Shown in pieces: positions 19,916 to 28,114 of a stretch of 64,000 bases of DNA. The notes under the pieces are model-generated. The model ran no database searches, had not been told where the DNA came from, and worked only from the letters and a program-made list of their open reading frames with translations. A program made the translations under genes and the position numbers. The stretch is from a virus. Taxonomy: Duplodnaviria; Caudoviricetes. The stretch spans positions 24,155-88,154 of the IMG/VR virus record IMGVR_UViG_3300049472_000073; one strand, written 5' to 3'. Numbering within the stretch: position 1 is the first letter of the stretch; every line of letters begins with the position of its first letter.

Positions 19916-20311
19916 CTACTCCTTTTTTAGGTCTAATAAGGCTTGGTGTAACTTACAGTATCCTAAATCATTGTAGGCTTTATTGTCAAGGTTAGCATAT
20001 ATGATGTAGGCTTTATCTAGAATCTTATTCCAGTCAGCACCTATGAACTCACAAGCAATCTCTTCTACAGCATCTAGATTTAGATGATCTGTGGCACTAC
20101 TCAATCGAAGGTAACAGAAGTAAGCATGAGACACTTCATGTACTATGGTAGTGATATCAATCTGAGACTTTCTAAAATCAATATGCTTAGCTGTGAGATC
20201 TGTAATAGCCCCACAGTCACCATGTAACTCATCAAACTTACTATCCCTTAGACAAGAGTATGTCCAGGTATCTTCGTTAATCTTTAGCTTATATTTCTTA
20301 GCTCTAGACAT
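19916..20311 (-). CDS. putative HEXXH zinc metallopeptidase
   Basis: TTIVHEVSHAYF followed by a downstream E (VEEIACE). Confidence 0.65.
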   Translation of the reverse strand: MSRAKKYKLKINEDTWTYSCLRDSKFDELHGDCGAITDLTAKHIDFRKSQIDITTIVHEVSHAYFCYLRLSSATDHLNLDAVEEIACEFIGADWNKILDKAYIIYANLDNKAYNDLGYCKLHQALLDLKKE

Positions 20312-20327
20312 ATCCCCTCCCTATCTA

Positions 20328-21635
20328 TTAGAAATTATTCCACGGCTGAATGATCTTGTCAAGAGAAGCATTTTTATCTTCATCTACTCCGACCCTAATA
20401 AAACGTGTATCTCCTACTGGATACCCTTCTACTGATTCAAACAGTAACTGTCCACAAGGACTCTCTAAGATACCGATAGATACCGCAAACTCATCAGGGG
20501 GTATCAAAGCTCCGTTAGTAATCATATATACTCCATTAGATAGTAGGGTCTGTGAGAACACATGTACGTGTCCTACTACTGCTACGGAGTACTCTTCTGT
20601 ATCCTTTAGTCCAGCGTTAATCTTATTAAGCTGTGTCTCAAGGCTACCAATCTTAATATCTTTACCAGGGTATCCTGGGTTTAATACAGAGTCACCGTGG
20701 GTATATAGGATCTTCTTTCCAAATACTTCAAAGTGATCATAAGGCTTCTTTGTAATATGAATCTTTACGTTCTTTTGATTAGCTAATGCTTGTTTAAGAG
20801 CGTAGTAAATAATAGTCTCGTAGCTATCCCATTTCTGGTTAGTAGCGCGTCCATAATGACGTTCCTTACGTCTACCGTGGTTGCCCGATTCGCAGTATAC
20901 ATCTACTGAAGGAAACTCACTAGCGAGCCTCATAAGAGCTTGAGAGAGTAAGTGAATAGCACGACACACCTGCTCAGCCATTGGAGCACCATCTCTAGGG
21001 TCATGTAAAGTACCGTTAGTTAAATCTCCTATTAATAACACGTTCAAAGCTGTTTCAGCTCTATGTTCTTTTTTATATTCAATAGTCTCTTGTACTACTT
21101 TAGCTAACCGTCTAGATTCTTCTTTGACTCCATAGTTAGCTACACCAGTTTCTTCTGCCTTAACATCAGATCCAAAGTGAGTATCAGAGATTACTAGGTT
21201 AAAGAAGCGTTTGATAGCCTTTTTCTTTTTAGGATACTTAACTGGAGCCATTCGTCCTTTAAACACTGACTCAGAGAATTTCTCTACATAATCCATTACG
21301 TTCTCACGTACCAGGATATTATTATTTACTCCAGCTACTTTCTTAGCCTCTAGCCCCAAACGATACTCAGTAATGTCAGAGCTGTTAATACGAACTGGTA
21401 CAGCAAGGTTCTGGATATCTGGGTGGTTCTCTAAAGCAAATGCTTGGAATTTAGAGAAGGACTCAGCAATTCTATGAATTTTATCGGTACTAGCTAAAAA
21501 CTTAGCAGTTTCTCGTTTATTAGGTAGTTTTCCTAATTTTCTTGCTAAGTTAGCGTATTCTTTTGCAAGTTCAGTTAAAGTATCAGCTTTAGTTTTTTGT
21601 ATGTTCATACTATCTCCCATTATATCCGTATCCAA
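20328..21635 (-). CDS. calcineurin-like metallophosphoesterase with N-terminal extension
   Basis: ISDTHFG, IGDL, SGNHG, YTHGD, VGHVH motifs. Confidence 0.85.
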   Translation of the reverse strand: MDTDIMGDSMNIQKTKADTLTELAKEYANLARKLGKLPNKRETAKFLASTDKIHRIAESFSKFQAFALENHPDIQNLAVPVRINSSDITEYRLGLEAKKVAGVNNNILVRENVMDYVEKFSESVFKGRMAPVKYPKKKKAIKRFFNLVISDTHFGSDVKAEETGVANYGVKEESRRLAKVVQETIEYKKEHRAETALNVLLIGDLTNGTLHDPRDGAPMAEQVCRAIHLLSQALMRLASEFPSVDVYCESGNHGRRKERHYGRATNQKWDSYETIIYYALKQALANQKNVKIHITKKPYDHFEVFGKKILYTHGDSVLNPGYPGKDIKIGSLETQLNKINAGLKDTEEYSVAVVGHVHVFSQTLLSNGVYMITNGALIPPDEFAVSIGILESPCGQLLFESVEGYPVGDTRFIRVGVDEDKNASLDKIIQPWNNF

Positions 21636-22335
21636 GACTTTTTAAAAGCTTATTCGTATGAATAGCTGTTGATTGAGATGTTCCATTTAAACAGATGTCT
21701 TTGTAACACTGTCCTCTACCGTTTTCACTATACTTAGCTGGGCCACCTTTATTAGCGGCCTGTAAACCATTATCAGTAACTACTCTAAATCCTTCGTATT
21801 TCTGTAAACTTCTATAACAAGCAGGGTATGATTCGCATCGCTTAGACAAGTCCATAGACTCATTACCAGCAGCTACTACTATATAAGCACCTCTACCTAA
21901 AGCTAATCTAAGAGAAGTCTCTTCACTACTTAAAGGAGCTACCCCATTACCACTAAAGTTTAAAAGTAAGTAATCTGATTCTGACAGTCTACTAAGAATC
22001 TTCGGTACAACCTCTATACGTTCTTGTTCTGTATCATTTTTATTAAAATACTTAACTACTTTGATACAAACTCTTTTAGGATTAATGTCTTTTAGTATAA
22101 GACCTGCTACGTTAGTGCCATGTCCATGCCTATCTTGTAGTCCTTTACCTGTTAGATCAGAGTGTCCGTATTCACACATGAATGGCTTGAAATAAGGATC
22201 TCTTAGATCAATCCCTGTGTCAAGCACCAATACTGAAAATCTATGTTCTTTGGCTTGTGACGCGCAAGAACCTAGAAGTAACAAGGGTAGTAGCTTATTT
22301 AGAAGACTCATTTGTAACCTCTTCAGGACATGCAA
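21610..22335 (-). CDS. subtilisin-like (S8) serine protease, predicted lipoprotein
   Basis: Lipobox LLGSC; triad VLDTGID / HGHGTNVAG / NGTSQS; oxyanion AAGNE. Confidence 0.85.
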   Translation of the reverse strand: MHVLKRLQMSLLNKLLPLLLLGSCASQAKEHRFSVLVLDTGIDLRDPYFKPFMCEYGHSDLTGKGLQDRHGHGTNVAGLILKDINPKRVCIKVVKYFNKNDTEQERIEVVPKILSRLSESDYLLLNFSGNGVAPLSSEETSLRLALGRGAYIVVAAGNESMDLSKRCESYPACYRSLQKYEGFRVVTDNGLQAANKGGPAKYSENGRGQCYKDICLNGTSQSTAIHTNKLLKSLGYGYNGR

Positions 22336-22627
22336 TTTCTCTATAACTAGTTTCTATTTTACGTATCTCCATAAATTTTTCACGGGAGTAAGGATTATAC
22401 TCCATATTATAAAGATCGAAATTTTTTATCTCAGCAAATCCTTTTTTTATCCTAAGCACCTTATATCCATCTACTGAAGTGTATTTCTCAGTAATGCACA
22501 TTCCTTCTCTTACTTCTGTACTTTCCATTTTAGCTTGTAGTACACAAGATGCTGGTAAAATACTTAAGGTAGCTGCCATTAATAGCAGTATCCCTAGGAA
22601 TTTTAACCCTTCAATTAAAGTTTTCAT
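22295..22627 (-). CDS. membrane-anchored hypothetical protein
   Basis: N-terminal hydrophobic helix. Confidence 0.55.
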   Translation of the reverse strand: MKTLIEGLKFLGILLLMAATLSILPASCVLQAKMESTEVREGMCITEKYTSVDGYKVLRIKKGFAEIKNFDLYNMEYNPYSREKFMEIRKIETSYREIACPEEVTNESSK

Positions 22628-22658
22628 CTTAGACCCTCCTCAGAGTTTATAGATCTAG

Positions 22659-23315
22659 TTAATCAAACGTAGTTGTAACTGTCAAGCCGTAAAATATATC
22701 TTTTTTAAATAGAGGTGTTTGGTAAAACACTTTGTAGCTGTCTAACTGTACATAACCTGTATAGTTATTATAGATCGCATTAATTTCATTACGTAGCATT
22801 AGGTTCTTGTAATGAACCTCTTGAAAGAATAAGCCTCTATTAAGTTCTGAGCCTGTTTTAAATCGTGTATCTGGAGCTACTTCAGCTTCTCCGCCAGCTA
22901 TATTATTAACTTCCGCTACTTCAGCCTCTACGTTCTTAATAGTAGCATTCTTTTCTTTAGCCTTGTTGTACATTCGTAGAGCATTGTGAAAAGCAAACTG
23001 TTTCCAGAATACGTTTATGTCGTTACTGTGACTAGGTGGTGGCTCTACAATAGCAGGACGCTCTACAGGGTCAGGCTTCTTCATACTCATAACATCAGTA
23101 GCCTTAGCTACCCCATAACCGAAATAAAACATGGTATTTATAATAAATAGTGCCCATAGCAACTGCTTAAAGAATACCCAGTAGCTAAATGGAACTTTAG
23201 GTAATGTATGCTCAGGTGGACGTATTTTAGCTTTGTATTTAAAGCCAGTGATCTGATAGCTCCAGGTTCTAAGTATACGCTTAGGTTCTGGAATTACTTT
23301 GGTTATAATAGGCAT
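22659..23315 (-). CDS. hypothetical protein with central TM helix
   Basis: LLWALFIINTMFYFGYGVAKA. Confidence 0.6.
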   Translation of the reverse strand: MPIITKVIPEPKRILRTWSYQITGFKYKAKIRPPEHTLPKVPFSYWVFFKQLLWALFIINTMFYFGYGVAKATDVMSMKKPDPVERPAIVEPPPSHSNDINVFWKQFAFHNALRMYNKAKEKNATIKNVEAEVAEVNNIAGGEAEVAPDTRFKTGSELNRGLFFQEVHYKNLMLRNEINAIYNNYTGYVQLDSYKVFYQTPLFKKDIFYGLTVTTTFD

Positions 23316-23545
23316 TATTCCTCCAATAGGTTATTTAGATCTTGATCGAATTGCTTAGTAGCTCTGTAAGCCGAGTCTAGCTGATCATCATCACAACTAC
23401 TATGATTCCAGAACCATTCTTTTCCGTCATGTAGAGTTTTAACTATATAACAGTCATTATCAACACGTAGTATTTCATAGGTCAGAGAAAGACTATCATC
23501 ATTACCAGGATCTCTTACTACATCCCCTACTTTAAACTTAGGCAT
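23315..23545 (-). CDS. FDxxLEELL-tag family protein
   Basis: MPKFKVGDVV...LDSAYRATKQFDQDLNNLLEE*. Confidence 0.8.
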   Translation of the reverse strand: MPKFKVGDVVRDPGNDDSLSLTYEILRVDNDCYIVKTLHDGKEWFWNHSSCDDDQLDSAYRATKQFDQDLNNLLEE

Positions 23546-24491
23546 CTTCTAATTCTTCCCCGTCATCAGTACTGAATGTGCCCCAAGAGTCCTTATTAGC
23601 TTTCTTGTACGCTTCGATAGCTTCTGGAGTATTAGGTAAAATAGCATCAGATGTGATAACAAACTCACCTTCAGTAGAAGTGCTAGTTAAATGATTCTTA
23701 GCTACCTTAACTCTACACACAGTACCAAATACTACTTTACGTCCATCTACCTTAGAAGAAAGCTCTCCACCTTCTTTAATCTGTAAGCATAGAGATAAAG
23801 GGAACCAAATCTTCTCACCACCATTAGGAATCATTGTAGCCATTCCGCCTGGGAACTCTGGTGGCTTAATATAAGCTTGCGTAAGCATAACTAGACCTAC
23901 TGTATGGTCACAGTCTGTTTGTCTGGTAGAAGCGATTCTCTTCATAATAATAGGGTTATAATACCCAATTACCGCAGCATTCTTTTGAGGACCGTATTTC
24001 TTTTTAATCTTACCAGTCTTATCAATCTCTAAAGATTCAATAGAAGGAGTAGAGGCAACAGAGTCCCAAAAGATCATAATGTCCCTTGGAAGTCTACCTG
24101 TCTTAACATCCTCAATTTTCTGAGAAATATAGTTGTATACATCCTCTAAGTACTCCAGATCCTCTCTGATAATACATCTACTTTTACTAATATCTAGACC
24201 CATACGCTCGGCTCTAGACCAGTCCATTTTATTTTCTGTAATGATAAAGATAGGAGTAATCCCCTGTTTTTGAGCTTGTACAGCCGCGTGAATCATAATA
24301 CTGGTCTTACCAGAGTTACTTAATCCGTACATAGCTGTCACAGCCCCCATACGAAAACCAGGCATACCAATAGCTTCACTCAACTCCTTTTGTAAAACAA
24401 CATCCACATCAGGTTTATACACGATCTCTGTGTGATCTTCATTGCTTGAATAGTTCTCTAAATCAAATTCTTCTTTTTGTTTTTTACTCAT
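23538..24491 (-). CDS. recA: RecA/UvsX-like recombinase
   Basis: YGLSNSGKTS Walker A, IFWDSVA Walker B, PNGGEKIWF, VAKNH. Confidence 0.85.
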   Translation of the reverse strand: MSKKQKEEFDLENYSSNEDHTEIVYKPDVDVVLQKELSEAIGMPGFRMGAVTAMYGLSNSGKTSIMIHAAVQAQKQGITPIFIITENKMDWSRAERMGLDISKSRCIIREDLEYLEDVYNYISQKIEDVKTGRLPRDIMIFWDSVASTPSIESLEIDKTGKIKKKYGPQKNAAVIGYYNPIIMKRIASTRQTDCDHTVGLVMLTQAYIKPPEFPGGMATMIPNGGEKIWFPLSLCLQIKEGGELSSKVDGRKVVFGTVCRVKVAKNHLTSTSTEGEFVITSDAILPNTPEAIEAYKKANKDSWGTFSTDDGEELEDA

Positions 24492-25116
24492 TGTAGTACT
24501 CCCATTTAAAACCTTTATGATGTTTAAGTTTACCTTTACAGCATTGTATAATATGTCCTGAATTAAATCCAGGTATTTTACTTCCTGTAAAGATAGTTTC
24601 TTCTCCAGTTACTAAACACGTAGCCTTATATCTCTTACTCCACTCGGGCTTTCTTATCCCTTTATTAGGACTAGGACCCATTTTCATACCCTTATTCCAA
24701 GGAGTTCTTCCCATAGTGGACTTAGCTATGTTACTTCTGTAATATACTGAACTCCCATTATTAGCTAATTTTATGTTATAGCCATGCTTATCTGTAAGAG
24801 TCTCTAATGCTATAATGGCATCAATTTCAGCCTTGTCTAAATCAGCTTTATTTGTGTAACGTCCTAAAATACAATACTCAAAATTATCTACTCCATACTT
24901 TTTTATGGCCCTAGTTAATATACTATACCTAGAAAATCTAGGATTGCAATGTTGAACGAATCTATCTTTAAATTTTTGCGTGGTCTGACCTACATATCCC
25001 TTATCGTTTTTCTTATTTCTTATCAAGTAAACTACTCCATAAATAGGGAGTTTCTTTTCTTCCTCTAACTTATGCTTATAAGCTTGTAGATCAAAGGAGC
25101 TACTCATGTGATTCAA
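24484..25116 (-). CDS. GIY-YIG homing endonuclease with NUMOD-type DNA-binding repeats
   Basis: GVVYLIRNKKNDKGYVGQT; GYN; GRTPWNKG; C-terminal HIIQCCKGKLKHHKGFKW. Confidence 0.85.
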   Translation of the reverse strand: MNHMSSSFDLQAYKHKLEEEKKLPIYGVVYLIRNKKNDKGYVGQTTQKFKDRFVQHCNPRFSRYSILTRAIKKYGVDNFEYCILGRYTNKADLDKAEIDAIIALETLTDKHGYNIKLANNGSSVYYRSNIAKSTMGRTPWNKGMKMGPSPNKGIRKPEWSKRYKATCLVTGEETIFTGSKIPGFNSGHIIQCCKGKLKHHKGFKWEYYNE

Positions 25117-25420
25117 ATCCTCCGTTAGTACTTAGTGAAGCCTTTAGATTAGGCAACAGGTTCTTATATACTTCTAGCTCTTGAGACATCTTCTCATTAG
25201 CTTCTTTTAGATCACGTACTTGCTCTTGTAGATCTCCAAGGTACTTAATTTCTCCTAAAGCTTTGGCAAAATCAATATCTGGATTTTTAAGTAAGGGAGG
25301 AATCTTATAGGACATTCGTAACACGTAACTGTCATAGTCCTGGTTTAGAGAGACTACCCACTTGTTACCAACAAAATTCTGGAAACGATCTAAAACATTA
25401 GTTGCTAATAAAAAGCTCAT
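25100..25420 (-). CDS. hypothetical coiled-coil protein
   Basis: ORF track. Confidence 0.6.
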   Translation of the reverse strand: MSFLLATNVLDRFQNFVGNKWVVSLNQDYDSYVLRMSYKIPPLLKNPDIDFAKALGEIKYLGDLQEQVRDLKEANEKMSQELEVYKNLLPNLKASLSTNGGFESHE

Positions 25421-25569
25421 TTTGAACTCCTACACTCCATTAGTTTATCTCCTAGGAAAATATTCTGGTTAATTACCTTTACAAAGTTCTTATCAATCTG
25501 ACTGAGCCTAGAGTTTATATACAACATAAACCCCGACACTAATATTACATTAATTAGAAACAGTTTCAT
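25417..25569 (-). CDS. small membrane protein (50 aa), not in the ORF track
   Basis: Hand translation MKLFLINVILVSGFMLYINSRLSQIDKNF...CRSSK*; fills the gap with an ATGA overlap. Confidence 0.55.
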   Translation of the reverse strand: MKLFLINVILVSGFMLYINSRLSQIDKNFVKVINQNIFLGDKLMECRSSK

Positions 25570-25771
25570 TCTTCCTTCTTTCTTCGCTGTCTAATTCCCA
25601 TTTTATCATTGTAATTGGGAAAATGAGTCCTAAACCTATACCAACAACCCAAGCAGCAATTTCTCTGTAGAACATAACACCTACAACAATAAGAGATAGC
25701 ACTATTAGAAAACTTACCCAAAGTACTGTCGCCCTAATTAAGTTTTTCATTTTACTTCCTCTAATTCCCAT
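25550..25771 (-). CDS. two-TM small membrane protein
   Basis: Two hydrophobic helices. Confidence 0.6.
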   Translation of the reverse strand: MGIRGSKMKNLIRATVLWVSFLIVLSLIVVGVMFYREIAAWVVGIGLGLIFPITMIKWELDSEERRKNETVSN

Positions 25772-26133
25772 TTAATTATGTTACTCATTGACATTTGTGA
25801 TCCATCCGCAGCAATAAAGTATCTCCAGTAAGCCATGTTTTCCCTAGCCCTGTTCTCGGATAACCCATCTACTCCAGAATAGGGGTATGTACTATGAGGT
25901 ATAGGAGCCGATCTGATAATATCATGTTCCCCAAACCAATTATAGTGAGCTACTATACGGTATATAGCTGCGTTCTTTTTAAGCTCCTCGTACTCAGCTT
26001 CTAGCTTCTTATTTTGCTTATTAGAACGCACACCGTTTATTTTATTGTCTATCATTTGTACTAAACCAAAAATAGCCATTAGCAATAGTAACAGTACTAA
26101 AGCTATACAACAAAAAATCAACATTTCTGTCAT
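25747..26133 (-). CDS. membrane-anchored hypothetical protein
   Basis: N-terminal TM helix and coiled coil. Confidence 0.6.
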   Translation of the reverse strand: MTEMLIFCCIALVLLLLLMAIFGLVQMIDNKINGVRSNKQNKKLEAEYEELKKNAAIYRIVAHYNWFGEHDIIRSAPIPHSTYPYSGVDGLSENRARENMAYWRYFIAADGSQMSMSNIIKWELEEVK

Positions 26134-27020
26134 AATCTCCCCAATCTATAAGTAAGTTCCTTGAACTCCTCATTAGAACAGCCAATATTTAAACGGATAA
26201 TATCATCTGACACACCCATTGCTGATCCCCTTAATCCAATTATATCACTACTCTCAAAGCTCTGTCCAGCATCATTATACAAAGCAAACATGCCCTCAGA
26301 ATTATTAGGCTTTATATTCAAGCTCTCAAGTTCTAACCATCTCTCATTTAAAATATTCTTAGCTTTTAGGTAGTATTGTCCATAATGACTAATACCGTTA
26401 TATGCCATTACCTGACCGTCTACACTGACTCCACTAGTAACAAGCTCTACGTAATCACGTAACTGTTTAGCCTTCTCAGGTTTACGCACTAATGCCCATC
26501 CTACACGACTAGCAGCCAGTCCTGTGAGTTTTGCCAGACTAAATAAGAATACCTCACCAGTGAGTGCTTTAAACTCACTATGACGGTAATACATAGGCCA
26601 GTGATAGCAAGCGTCTACGACATTAGTATAATAATTATAATAAGGCAATAGAAAATCTGGGTTGTTAGGGTAAACGGTAAAATTAAAAGATTCAGGATCA
26701 GTTCTCCCATAAAACGAAACTTTTCTAGCATCGGCTATCCCCTTAAATCTGCTCCAGTAAGGAGCGTACATCTCTAAGTATTTATGTGTTGGTATTAGTG
26801 CATCTAGTAACTGGGTAGCGCCATTAGCTACCACTACTTCATAAGAATCTACGTCAGCTATGTTCCCTACTTGTTTATGTAGCTTTCTAATGGCTCCTTC
26901 TAGGAAACCTTTAATCTTTGTGTCATAGCGGTACTTATCCACCATAGGTGGGTGAAAGTGAGTAGGAGTATAGATGTCTTGTAGGAACCCAGGATTACCT
27001 ACTGATAAGTCAAGTTTCAT
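26130..27020 (-). CDS. PLP-dependent fold-type I enzyme, alliinase/TAA1-like
   Basis: LHKQVGN, VVANGATQL, PNNPD, DACYHWP, FSLAKLTGLAASRVGWALV (Schiff-base Lys), IRLNI. Confidence 0.85.
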   Translation of the reverse strand: MKLDLSVGNPGFLQDIYTPTHFHPPMVDKYRYDTKIKGFLEGAIRKLHKQVGNIADVDSYEVVVANGATQLLDALIPTHKYLEMYAPYWSRFKGIADARKVSFYGRTDPESFNFTVYPNNPDFLLPYYNYYTNVVDACYHWPMYYRHSEFKALTGEVFLFSLAKLTGLAASRVGWALVRKPEKAKQLRDYVELVTSGVSVDGQVMAYNGISHYGQYYLKAKNILNERWLELESLNIKPNNSEGMFALYNDAGQSFESSDIIGLRGSAMGVSDDIIRLNIGCSNEEFKELTYRLGRL

Positions 27021-27504
27021 AAGTTTCCTTTATCTTACGTAACTCTTCTAGTTGACCTGAGAGTCTACTCAACCCATTAGTACTAATTATTTGCATTAGT
27101 TCTGGAAGCTCTTTAGGTGAATGGTCTACGGCCCATTTAATTCTATTTTTAGCCCATATTATGTTTTCTTGTAGCTGCCTATCATAAGCATTTTTAGGAG
27201 AGTCCACTATAGGCCAATGAACACAACCCATACCATAGTCATCTACAAAATATCTAAGTCCATTTATAGTAAGTATACTCTTTTTATCTATGTTTTTCTC
27301 TACTACCTCTCCAGATTTTAGTAGAAAAACTTTTTGAGTATCATTTTTGTCCTCTATTCCGTAGTCCCTGTAATATGTCAAAGAGTATACAGGATTAAAT
27401 CCCTCATAATACTTATCTTCTAGTTCTTTAGCATCTTGACCATAAATCCATTGAAGAGTTCCTGGATGCTGAATTACATACCCCTTAGCTTCTTTAGTGC
27501 TCAT
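27010..27504 (-). CDS. hypothetical protein
   Basis: ORF track. Confidence 0.6.
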   Translation of the reverse strand: MSTKEAKGYVIQHPGTLQWIYGQDAKELEDKYYEGFNPVYSLTYYRDYGIEDKNDTQKVFLLKSGEVVEKNIDKKSILTINGLRYFVDDYGMGCVHWPIVDSPKNAYDRQLQENIIWAKNRIKWAVDHSPKELPELMQIISTNGLSRLSGQLEELRKIKETYET

Positions 27505-27691
27505 TTAACTTTCTCCTCTGTACCCAATCACTTACATTTCTCCAGTTCCTTCATCAACTCATCAGCCTGTCTTTGTGAGTTACTTAACTTACTCTGTAAA
27601 TTATCTATTTTACTGAACATAATAAGAAAGTGAGTAAAGTACATAGCTAATATAGCTAGAGTACCTAGAAATATAGAACGTCCTAGTAGTC

Positions 27692-28114
27692 TCATAGTCC
27701 AGTCTTTCTTAGCCTAGTTAGAAGAGCTTCGGCTTGTTCTACTGCAATATCCGCAATATCATGTCTACTAGGAGCATTACTTCCTATATATCGGCTATTT
27801 CCTTTAAATGCTAGTAGTCCTTGCATAGCTGCCATAGCAAATTGTTCACGTTTAGTCAGCGTATTAGTCTCTACTGGAACTACTCCTTTTACAGCCTGTA
27901 TAGGAGCTGTACGCTTAAGGTATTCTTCTATATCATCAATTATTTGCTTGATTGGTTTATTTCTAGTAATTCCCCATTTAATTCCTAAATCATCGTTATG
28001 ATAGGTAGTATTGTTATCGTTGTATACAAGCTCTCCACCTCTAAAATAGTATTGTAAAGCTAGTGCGCTATCAGTCTCTATCAAAAATTGTAAATATTCT
28101 TCATCAGTTGTCAT
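27692..28114 (-). CDS. hypothetical protein with the common phage motif LTKREQFAMAAMQGLL
   Basis: C-terminal motif often seen in small phage proteins. Confidence 0.65.
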   Translation of the reverse strand: MTTDEEYLQFLIETDSALALQYYFRGGELVYNDNNTTYHNDDLGIKWGITRNKPIKQIIDDIEEYLKRTAPIQAVKGVVPVETNTLTKREQFAMAAMQGLLAFKGNSRYIGSNAPSRHDIADIAVEQAEALLTRLRKTGL

